IMG/VR virus record: IMGVR_UViG_3300017728_000002
Coordinates: 1-64,000 of that record
Length of the DNA stretch: 64,000 nucleotides
DNA from: a virus
Strand: one strand, 5' to 3'
Part shown: piece after piece, positions 57,201 to 64,000 of the stretch
Position numbering within the stretch: position 1 is the first letter of the stretch
How the letters are laid out: each line of letters opens with the position of its first letter
Translations under genes and position numbers: made by a program
The notes under the pieces: generated by a model
The model's input: the letters and a program-made list of their open reading frames with translations, nothing else
The model's database searches: none
What the model was told of the DNA's origin: nothing

Positions 57201-60200
57201 TAGAAATTCAGCGAGAGAAAAAGAAGCTCATAGCTGAAGGTATTATTCGCGTAATTTTTGATAGTCGTGGGTTGTTCCAATACATGATTAAGTCTTCAAG
57301 TAGAGCGTCTGAAGAAAGAAAACTAGAGATCTATGATCGGTTAGGTCATAACGAAGAAGTACTGGTTGAACACTTCAGTACAAACCCAAGAGTGCAGCGC
57401 ATGATTATGCAAGCAATTGCAATTGATGCCAGCACAGGTACCACGGACATAGAGCAGAACTTCTCTGCTAGCATAGCAGAAATCAATCCTATGGATAAGG
57501 TTCCTGCCAGTATCAAGAACTTGATTTCAAGAACCATTTACATCCCTGGAGACAGAAGTGGTCGCTTGATTGAAACAATCTTAGGTAATCAAGGTACCGA
57601 AGCAGCTCTTGAAGCCATTGCAGAAGTGTCAGGCACTGACGTAGATAAATCTGATGCCTTCAGTCGATTTGGCTTGCCTCGGTTTTTACAGTTTGAAACG
57701 GTGTATCCTTTCCTGTTAAACCAGTTGAGTTCGCTGCCTTCATACGAAGCTATGGAAACCCGGATGCTAGAGTTGAGCGTGTACAACCCAAGCTTGGCAT
57801 CTATTGTTTTGGCATTGCGTAAAGACGCTGAGCCAGGCACACTTACAGAACTGCAAAAACAATTCTATGTGGGCATGAAACGCGCAAGCTCAGAAGAGCT
57901 GAACGTTTCTTTGGAAACCCAGTATGATGAAAGAGTTGAACGGAAATTTCAAGTACCTGTAGTAAAAGATGAGTTCATTTATGAACCGGCCTGGCATTTG
58001 GTCCAACGTAACAAGGAGGCTGTTTACAACGCCATCCTTCAGTTTACTCCAGCGGAAAAGGAAAAGGTCCTAAATGCTTTAAGTGCGTTGGCAAAACAGC
58101 GTAACGAAACTCCTGAAGTAAGAGTTAAAACCATTAAAATTTTGGTTAGGACTTTTCAAAAACTTGAGTTTTCTACTATGGACCCTTCTGCATTGGCTAA
58201 CGCTATGCATGTTATGTCTAATAATGAATTAGGCGGGTTAGCTGATATGCTTGAACGTCTCATTCTTGCTGGAAATGAAGCGCAGACTTCAGCAATACTT
58301 AGGGAGGTGGTACGAATTATGAAGCTTGCTGACGCAGACATGGGCGCAGTTCAAAGCTCGTATATGTCTAATCTGAAAACCAAGTATGCTCACGTCAATC
58401 CTTCTTATTTAACCGAAGAATTAGACCGCTTAAAAAGCGCCTTTAAAGAAGAATACCTTAAAGAAAGGTTTGCCCACAATGCTCATTTAGAAGAGAGTAT
58501 GTGGCATATTATGTTGGATGAAGAGTCTTTAACCTATCGCAGGTTTGGACAACTGGGCCCGCATGCATACACCGATATGGATGTAGCGCAAAGGCTTGAG
58601 TATGACCTTCTAGCATTGTTTAGAATGGGTAAAAATGCTCAAGGACGTCAGATCAGAGTTACGGGGTACTCTGCAATCCCTACACCTAGCGATGCAACTG
58701 GATCGTTTATGGTCAGTAACGACTTTGTACATTATCCTGAAAACGTTAAAAACAGGATTTTAGCCAGTATCTACGACGCAGAGACACGTAAAGACGTAAC
58801 CCATATGTCTTTGCCTATTGATCGTAGTAAAGTAGACATCAATAGCATAGAGTCTAAAGCCGAGTATATGCGTGCTTTGCTAGAGCAAGAAGCCGCGGCA
58901 TTGCTGTCTATTCCAGAGTTCAAAGAAGTCATAGACAAGCTACAAGTTCCTTTAGGGTATGGACCAGTCGAGGGACGCAGTCGAGATGAGGGCCGCGTTA
59001 CGATGGTCAACTCATATGTAGCCGCTACATATGTATCCAATTGGAACGTGTCTAATTGGATGGGTGGAACCATTGATCACTTTGGAGGAGACGTTACCAA
59101 GTATCAAAAGCGTTTTAAGCAGATTATGAGCCCTGGGCAAACCAGCGCAGATAAAGGCACGTTTAGAAACGTAACCATTGAAGATCCCGTAGTTTTTGAA
59201 GACTGGGCAACAGAAGTAGAGTACTCTGACAATGGCAAACCGGTTAAGAACGCGGACGGAACTTACCGTCGTATTCCATCTGCCATTGATCGTGCTGATG
59301 CACAGAGCTATGTAACGCTAGACTTTTGGGAGCGGATGCTTTCTTCTCATGGAGAGCTTACAGACTATAAGAAAGCGGTCATAGAAAAAGCCCGTAAAGG
59401 AGAGGCTCTAAGTGTGTCTGAGCGTTCAGTATTTGCTCCATACAAGCCCTTCTACTTTGGATGGGTTCAAGGCCAGCCGCACCAACTTAAAAACTCTGTC
59501 ATCCCACTTTTACCACCGGTCAAAGGTCAAGCTCCCATTAGCGTAGAACTAGAGGCTATGCGTAAGTGGATGGTACACCCAGATAATAAAGTAGATCAAA
59601 TCACTTTGAAGTCTGCGCACAAGGTGGGTGTGACCAGCAAGGCTACTTCTATGTTTCAGGATGGCAAGTTCAAAGCACCAGAGCCTGGGTACACTCAGTA
59701 CGACTTGCCCATGGAGTTCCACCGCAATCAAGTGTCTATTACAGAACACAACAACCACAATGGAACAGTAGGCTTGGGTACTCAAACAGGTCCAATCATT
59801 ATGTCTAACCTCAGGAATTATGAGGGGTTAGGGGAAGTACACATCCAAAAGTTGCTTAAGACAGAGCAACGCATGATGAACATGAAACTCAAGGAGCTTA
59901 AAGGCAAGCTCTTTGTACAAGGCACAGAATTAGGCAAGAACGGCGAGGAAGATGTAAGCAAGCGCACAGTTCCAGACGTAGCTCGTGTACGGCAGTATGT
60001 GCTAGACAACGTGCGTGATGATGTGCATCCAGCAGTTCTGGAAATTCTAAGCTCTCCCTTGGCTTCAGCAGGACGCATTAGTCCTTTGGTTGCTTTTGCG
60101 GTAAACCAAACTTTAGCAGCTGCCGTTCAAAAGGACTTTAAGAAGCAGAAAGTAACAGGCGGTATGCAGGTACAAATCTCTGATCTAGGCCATACCAATC

Positions 60201-63200
60201 CTACCACAGATGCGGACTTAAAAGGCATGCGTGTAGTAGGAAGTCAGCAAGAAGTTGAAGGTCCTTACACTTGGGACGACTCTATGGCTACAGATTTAAT
60301 TGTGGGGATGAATAACCGAGAGTTTGTAGTTGTAAAACTTGGAGAATCCCCAAAAACAGGTCGAGAACTAAATGCTGATGATTTTTTAAATGGACTTAAA
60401 GAAGGTTTTGAAGTCATAGACATGCATGGTAAAAAGCCTATGACCGTAGGCTTAGATTCAGCCATGGCTTCGTTAATGAAGCGAGATTTTGAAAAATGGT
60501 TAACTACTAAGAAAAATCTTAAAACACGTCCACAATCATTAGTTACTCCAGAATATATCAGTGACTATTCAGACCCAAAGCGAGAGCTGGCTCGCTACGT
60601 AAAAGAGCGTCAAACGAATAGAAAAGACTTTGAAGTTGATCCTGAACTAGAGTTGGCTTATGAATACTATCGATCTAAAGAGATTGATTCAGATAGGAAT
60701 AACGAGGCTTTTACGTCTTCTTCTTCTTCTCTGCCTACAGGACCAGAAAAAGTTGTAATGGCCGAGGTCAAGATGAACAGAAAGTTCTTGCCTAAGCAAT
60801 ACAGGGAAATGAGCATTGAAGAGATTCGTGCCATTGACCCTACACTGCTTGAAGTCATGGTCTATCGTGTTCCTGCAGAAGGAAAGAATTCTATGGCCAT
60901 GTGTAAGGTGGTGCAGTTCTTGCCTTCAGGTCAAGACGGCATGGTCATCCCCGCAGCTTTTGTAGCTCAAATGGGATCAGACTTTGACATTGACAAGCTC
61001 TTTGTGAATTGGAAGAAGGTGCCTAGGGAAGGCAGAGAGCTCAATGCTTACGACCGAGCAGCCAATAAGTTTTTTGATTTACAGAAGGATGTGCTGATGA
61101 ATCCTGAAGTGGTAAAGACAGAAGTGCTTGTACCACAGGGCTTTGAAACCATTAAGGCGTTTCGTACGGAGATGGCTACTGCCCGCAGGAAAGGAGGGGT
61201 TTCAGACATTGATGTCTTTGCTCAAAGACGTCCGTATAGTGCTTTGACTCACTTGCAATTGTGGTCAGACAATGTAGCAGGCATTGGATTGAAAGGCATT
61301 GCTGCCAACAACAATACGTTTTGGATGAAAGTCCAACGTCACAACATGCAAGTGGAAGGAATTCCTATGAAGGATATGCCGCTTGAGTTGATGCAATGGA
61401 ATGCAGAAGCAGTAGCTGCTTCTATGGACGGCGCAAAAGACCCTGTCTGGGGTACTATGGGCATTGACCGCAAGAACTTCTCGTTCTTCATGTACGAGTG
61501 TACCATGGGGTACATGCGGGCAATGAAAGAGAACCCAAGTGCAGACAAGGTTAAAACCTTGAATAAAGCTCGAAATGAAGCATTAGCGGCAGCAACTGAT
61601 TCAGATGTTATGCAAGCCATGACCACACGGGTTAATGACTTTAATGCAGAAACAGAAAAGACAGACAACGTAAAACGGTATCAGGCTTATTTAAAGCAAG
61701 AGGCATACCGGGCGTTGAAAGACTTGACCCGTGTCAGTGAGATGAAAATCAATAAGGAGTTGATTGATCTTCTTGCAGCTAAAGAGCCCGTTCTAGATAA
61801 TTATAACCTTACTCTAGACGCTGAAGGCAATATTATTTTAGACAGCGATGGTAACCCAGAGTTGCAAGCGGTAAAAGACGCCAAAGGAAACACTCTTCCA
61901 ACCATGGGAAAGGCTTATGTCAATGCTCCTGTCATTAAAGGCGCTTTGGATATTGCCACTGCTTCAGAGTTGCTGATGAGTGGCGGTATGGGGATTCACT
62001 ATTACCGCACTGTAGGTCGTTATAACGGCATCAGTTTCCCGCAATACTGCGCGGTTCAAACCTTTAAAGCAGCTGATGAATTTGTAGAAGGCAAGCGCGC
62101 AGAGGTCATGGGTGAGAGAAGCGTCAGTGAGCGTTTTAGAGAAGTGGACCTAGAGGATGTTCAGTCTTGGAACATGCGTCATTGGATCGTTTGGTTGAAT
62201 ACATCTGACGAAGGCCGAGCAATTCGAGACGACAAAGACAACGCGTTCTTGCGTAAGATGCTCTTGCATATCACGGTAGGCCGAGCCTACGAAGTAAACT
62301 ACAATCGTTACGATCGGATAACGCCAATCCAGCTTAACGACCCTATCAAAGCAGAAGAGTTTCAAAAGGCTTGGGAAAACACATTGACTCCGCCTTTATC
62401 CTATGAAGGGTCTGTTCACTACCCTTCTGAGTTTGCCAAAGCCTTAGTTCGCTACGAAGCTGCACGCAGTGGGTGGAGACGAGGGTCTTCAACCTTCACG
62501 CAGTTCTTGCCTACGGAGATTGTAAAAAATGTAAGCGGAGAGGACGCTACATCCTTGCAGATTGCAGCTCATGCTGTGTTGGATTCTAGGGTAGAGTCCG
62601 GTACAGAAAAAATGGCTTTGCTCAGCAACAGGCCTATGCGCTATGGTAAGCACACTTACGTGACTTTGCCTGGCGAAAACAGGCGGACAAAAGTGACCAC
62701 TCCTGTTTTGATGCTTGGGTTCAGAGGCATGTCATCTATAGATGCTATTGCAGGTGAGTTGCAGGTCAACCAATCCACTGTAGAGGAAGAGATAGCTGAG
62801 TACAAAGCCAAGCAAAAGAAGAGTCAAAGCCTTGAAGCATTTGGAGATATTGCTTCATCTACTACTACTTCTGAGCGCATTGCTATGCTTCAGAGTCGGT
62901 TTGCTTCTTATGGTATTAAGGTAAGAGTGGAGTTTGATTCCACTTTAGAAGGTGCCGGTGATGTGCAGTACGATAAGGAGTCTGGGGTCATTCGACTCCA
63001 CCCTGATCGCATGAAAAGCGATACGGTCTTGCACGAGTTTGGTCACATCTACATTGAGATGTTGGGGTTTGAAAACCCTGCTGTTCAGCAAGCCATTGAA
63101 GAGTTGCGCAACACTGAGCTGTATCGAGAGGTAGCAGAGATGTATCCACACTTAAGTCAAAGAGACTTAGATATGGAGGTTTTGGCTACAGCTATAGGTC

Positions 63201-64000
63201 TTGAAGGAGACGCCATCTATGACAAGGCTAAGAACCCCAACAAGCTTCGTACCCTGATCAATAAACTCTTTAGGGCTTTAGGTAAGTTGTTTGGTATCCA
63301 GCCTAACACCGCTCGGGAGTTGGCACGTAAGATGATTGAAGGGTCTGATGTTAGGACCAACAACTTAAAGTCATTCCGTGCAGAGCAACGATTGAAGAAA
63401 GGTTTGGATGCTCAGACCCTAATGATTGAGGTAGCTGATGAGATTATGAACCGCATCGATCATATGCGGCGATTGGGTGCCACTACCGAGGAGCAGCAAG
63501 TGCTTCTAGACAGCTTGCAAGAGGACTCTAGTATGTTTAGAGAAGTAGCAGAAAGTGGAGCTACAGCTGTATTGGATTCTCTGGTGGTTGCAATGTCAGA
63601 CTACTTGCAAAAAACTACTGAGTTTATCTCTCATGCGGAAACATATGTAGACACTTCTTCAGCAGCCGGGCTTAAAAAGCAAGACACTGAATTGTTGAAC
63701 CAGGCGTATCAGCTGAGTCAAGTGCTGAATACGTTTTCTCAAACGTTTGCCAGCTTTGATAAAGACACTGTAGATGTAGATTTTGATCAGCAAGAGCGGT
63801 TTGCAACAACCAACAAAGCTTTTGTGGAAATGGCAGGTCCTGTTCAGGTTATGCAAACCCGCTTGACCAGCTTGGTACGTAAGATGCTGAACAAAAAGCT
63901 GGTGGCTAATTCTAGTAACCCTAGGATCAAAGAAGCCATGGAAGCAGGGTTGGACATTTTCTCTTTGGCTCAAACTGAATTTGGCGACATCACTACCGAT
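51227..64000 (+). CDS. Giant virion RNA polymerase polyprotein (>4258 aa, truncated at window end)
   Basis: ATG 51227 is in frame with DRADAQ, YKPF, YRVP.EGKNS, GSDFDIDK (60974-60997) and HExxH motifs at 56639 and 63032. The track lists no in-frame plus-strand ORF here, consistent with no stop before the window end. Confidence 0.92.
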   Translation, partial: MSENNTTPDSSFESRQEDAGLTPKSNIRFGLKQDPLYQEQGMFQSRMTENPQVKGIDVQKYAPYTGYITHLGTRDAMRARGQSVAEKWGNGIYQAVVGEVVGGSLQGLGALGMLVDSEKNFLYELGEAINEGARDATPIYKHSDKAFAFNDAGWWASNLGNILSTVSMLVPGMAVSKGASLAARGLVAAGKAGKAVKAGKTIGKAGKVAGKAAGEAADVTADAMKASVRAQRLEKTMQTVAGGYGMRHAENIREGVDVAVQAEEEFMQDGRALEDFKGTVAYDQYLKDHDQKAPMNKQELASYVGGQAAVRSYQFNMLNLVFDVFQMGTIFKPFKAVTRGQGVGKVGAAAAGKAAAGLDKGTRATRALEKSKGFLTEVGKAATEGIEESINFMGSGEGMARAEYLRGVETGSFGERLDDYFHDSHLYESAFWGFLGGGVFQGLGSIMGKKQDAAMTSLLRQQETLVRESAELAKAEKSGDTEKANQIRARVMADLGIRASQSGRVDQLLDQLNSDDFMKQLQEQGLLGEKSIEEARNELIEGVLKQEKDYKKIAEVAEEYGLSSQEMFVLLKQQNSYDAGLKSIAEKLEAIDDASITEDQKLAAKFQLRDSLVELQKKVKKEKGKDSKTPFGAELKALQEELKDKEKPAEFEKLLTYEAFNQARLLAEQTRLKRKRAELTTEQSLAYTRTTVNAYNKNQEKVIAASFKKRVAEEENLDILNKLLEQAKRNKAKDQEILISERIAELKKTNADKTDADKAQEENEEGGTPVPKDDSTEENEPPTENEPSKENEPPEENDPDVSDVLPEGVVLEDDDEVDYTLAYREPYADGSPFDFGSLTNQERRFLDALDNLDTAETVEKAQALVSFVRNYILKQQEEGKPIKRKFDGKVVDQAIAYLAEAEKTPPAAPQDSAPQDSAPQDPTSDPPTDLPTDDLENSTVKALKAIARQEGLTGYSKLNKAELVAAIRAHREQATLFPENKVTPPTDESPAEKKRRESQQNRVEKHSKELYEALESYAEAVANRDALQDSKNADSKEAVAAELAADKAAMKVLNALNNLTSHSLLSQQNKVESYISSDLREYMELATETLEQDGYTSDHVKPGQVYDETLSVDVEIVNDETLEPGVELIQKINQPEIRKKGKVIQRGQVVVVQGPLLSKPVIEPETVEAPEGQIKMIMNDLMEAFLQQMQIRTSVTMPTTRVREHALIEGTRLTLEGPVAEQYEALMFALTNPSASVTIRISDNQVEVKNPIYKTSVNNKLGVKSLTRKTVGSKTYTYENEEDNSPDYEVVVEYQGKTVVIGNVPRVGTLLKQASRLQNQYRNQPTGDDADANPYWRNAYADANLNALQAIRHADAIALFRKYLDSQDSGSISFTGLSEQIALDGSFKRGSLLRPSDQMDTLNMHPEVTDAIDEHGLCVMMTDPSSGEPYLLNLKTGLKTAVPYQDGVMAMNAQAGTYAFKNQSNKISSTGAVFIPIRDPNSPLKPMWVRMPDMTLKEANRTDFVSNILYGPGTSEQKFELLRSVMSTPPPSVTSESQIMEGFTGAAFISGPSNGQPRLVILKDRKIVMDFNPDGTPRTEIQKAVLEQLKFRLDAKSPELASYEKEGKRDEETRQTLKSLAQSIKQNGRMPIAPVVKKDSAGNDVIIGYHHPVPAARFERDREAQSQNQLFNPEAQSTMLPIAIDMARLQAQNPEAPASPDTKPTDTSDPKKSNEKGGESTDFWNESDDGAMFMTVEKALASDFYAMSTSKDQLEAELWLAKNLPHVPFRRVKGLIERGGVTAYGIWEQGMIRVSDISVVGTEYHEALHAVMDTYLSPKRRAKIMAEARAKYGDLGPIKLEEKIAEAFREYMLTEGKSMTEKSALRRFFSEILALVQAMFQGQYRTRQLMQNINRGRYAYKPSQRSKNFLTKFSKVPAFDAAEMSELEQVMPFLVNYILKDIREAFVGNNPKDVLMRRYGREEDAQVLEGLLQTIAEIKDLSVESDEDGNTIEIQREKKKLIAEGIIRVIFDSRGLFQYMIKSSSRASEERKLEIYDRLGHNEEVLVEHFSTNPRVQRMIMQAIAIDASTGTTDIEQNFSASIAEINPMDKVPASIKNLISRTIYIPGDRSGRLIETILGNQGTEAALEAIAEVSGTDVDKSDAFSRFGLPRFLQFETVYPFLLNQLSSLPSYEAMETRMLELSVYNPSLASIVLALRKDAEPGTLTELQKQFYVGMKRASSEELNVSLETQYDERVERKFQVPVVKDEFIYEPAWHLVQRNKEAVYNAILQFTPAEKEKVLNALSALAKQRNETPEVRVKTIKILVRTFQKLEFSTMDPSALANAMHVMSNNELGGLADMLERLILAGNEAQTSAILREVVRIMKLADADMGAVQSSYMSNLKTKYAHVNPSYLTEELDRLKSAFKEEYLKERFAHNAHLEESMWHIMLDEESLTYRRFGQLGPHAYTDMDVAQRLEYDLLALFRMGKNAQGRQIRVTGYSAIPTPSDATGSFMVSNDFVHYPENVKNRILASIYDAETRKDVTHMSLPIDRSKVDINSIESKAEYMRALLEQEAAALLSIPEFKEVIDKLQVPLGYGPVEGRSRDEGRVTMVNSYVAATYVSNWNVSNWMGGTIDHFGGDVTKYQKRFKQIMSPGQTSADKGTFRNVTIEDPVVFEDWATEVEYSDNGKPVKNADGTYRRIPSAIDRADAQSYVTLDFWERMLSSHGELTDYKKAVIEKARKGEALSVSERSVFAPYKPFYFGWVQGQPHQLKNSVIPLLPPVKGQAPISVELEAMRKWMVHPDNKVDQITLKSAHKVGVTSKATSMFQDGKFKAPEPGYTQYDLPMEFHRNQVSITEHNNHNGTVGLGTQTGPIIMSNLRNYEGLGEVHIQKLLKTEQRMMNMKLKELKGKLFVQGTELGKNGEEDVSKRTVPDVARVRQYVLDNVRDDVHPAVLEILSSPLASAGRISPLVAFAVNQTLAAAVQKDFKKQKVTGGMQVQISDLGHTNPTTDADLKGMRVVGSQQEVEGPYTWDDSMATDLIVGMNNREFVVVKLGESPKTGRELNADDFLNGLKEGFEVIDMHGKKPMTVGLDSAMASLMKRDFEKWLTTKKNLKTRPQSLVTPEYISDYSDPKRELARYVKERQTNRKDFEVDPELELAYEYYRSKEIDSDRNNEAFTSSSSSLPTGPEKVVMAEVKMNRKFLPKQYREMSIEEIRAIDPTLLEVMVYRVPAEGKNSMAMCKVVQFLPSGQDGMVIPAAFVAQMGSDFDIDKLFVNWKKVPREGRELNAYDRAANKFFDLQKDVLMNPEVVKTEVLVPQGFETIKAFRTEMATARRKGGVSDIDVFAQRRPYSALTHLQLWSDNVAGIGLKGIAANNNTFWMKVQRHNMQVEGIPMKDMPLELMQWNAEAVAASMDGAKDPVWGTMGIDRKNFSFFMYECTMGYMRAMKENPSADKVKTLNKARNEALAAATDSDVMQAMTTRVNDFNAETEKTDNVKRYQAYLKQEAYRALKDLTRVSEMKINKELIDLLAAKEPVLDNYNLTLDAEGNIILDSDGNPELQAVKDAKGNTLPTMGKAYVNAPVIKGALDIATASELLMSGGMGIHYYRTVGRYNGISFPQYCAVQTFKAADEFVEGKRAEVMGERSVSERFREVDLEDVQSWNMRHWIVWLNTSDEGRAIRDDKDNAFLRKMLLHITVGRAYEVNYNRYDRITPIQLNDPIKAEEFQKAWENTLTPPLSYEGSVHYPSEFAKALVRYEAARSGWRRGSSTFTQFLPTEIVKNVSGEDATSLQIAAHAVLDSRVESGTEKMALLSNRPMRYGKHTYVTLPGENRRTKVTTPVLMLGFRGMSSIDAIAGELQVNQSTVEEEIAEYKAKQKKSQSLEAFGDIASSTTTSERIAMLQSRFASYGIKVRVEFDSTLEGAGDVQYDKESGVIRLHPDRMKSDTVLHEFGHIYIEMLGFENPAVQQAIEELRNTELYREVAEMYPHLSQRDLDMEVLATAIGLEGDAIYDKAKNPNKLRTLINKLFRALGKLFGIQPNTARELARKMIEGSDVRTNNLKSFRAEQRLKKGLDAQTLMIEVADEIMNRIDHMRRLGATTEEQQVLLDSLQEDSSMFREVAESGATAVLDSLVVAMSDYLQKTTEFISHAETYVDTSSAAGLKKQDTELLNQAYQLSQVLNTFSQTFASFDKDTVDVDFDQQERFATTNKAFVEMAGPVQVMQTRLTSLVRKMLNKKLVANSSNPRIKEAMEAGLDIFSLAQTEFGDITTD
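53557..54025 (+). repeat. Short in-frame tandem repeats in the RNAP polyprotein linker
   Basis: ENEP-type 18-nt repeats x4 (~53557-53624) and CTGCACCACAAGATT x3 (53946-53990). Confidence 0.8.

Noticed and set aside
51317-63973. Many short minus-strand ORFs
   Set aside because: Antisense shadows of the giant RNAP gene
1-64000. Stop-codon reassignment, as in some gut crAss-like phages
   Set aside because: All core genes are full length in the standard code, and TAG and TGA end genes

Overview
The window is a 64-kb part of a crAss-like (Crassvirales-type) phage genome, probably infecting an aquatic Bacteroidota/Flavobacteriia host. It uses the standard genetic code. The left arm (1-13.9 kb, minus strand) carries a >927-aa signal-peptide protein truncated at the window edge, a family A DNA polymerase, a T7-lysozyme-type amidase flanked by two lipoproteins, small early genes and a P-loop kinase. 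It also holds a ~1.2-kb ORF-free region (9.25-10.5 kb) packed with stems, pseudoknots and repeated motifs, a candidate undescribed large structured ncRNA. An array of small early cassettes follows, each preceded by a repeated TAAAAAGA motif and followed by a hairpin. After a G-rich strand switch at ~14 kb come a candidate attP, made of the 5' half of tRNA-Gly(GCC) with flanking arm repeats, and a tyrosine integrase, which suggests a temperate crAss-like phage. The right arm (plus strand) has the typical crAss-like virion module: HU/IHF-like protein, terminase, portal, scaffold, major capsid protein, basic proteins, ring/tail proteins, fibres, holin, muzzle and cargo proteins. It ends in a >4258-aa virion RNA polymerase polyprotein (DFDIDK motif, two HExxH zincin motifs) that runs off the right edge. 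All assignments come from motif recognition and gene order; no database searches were run.
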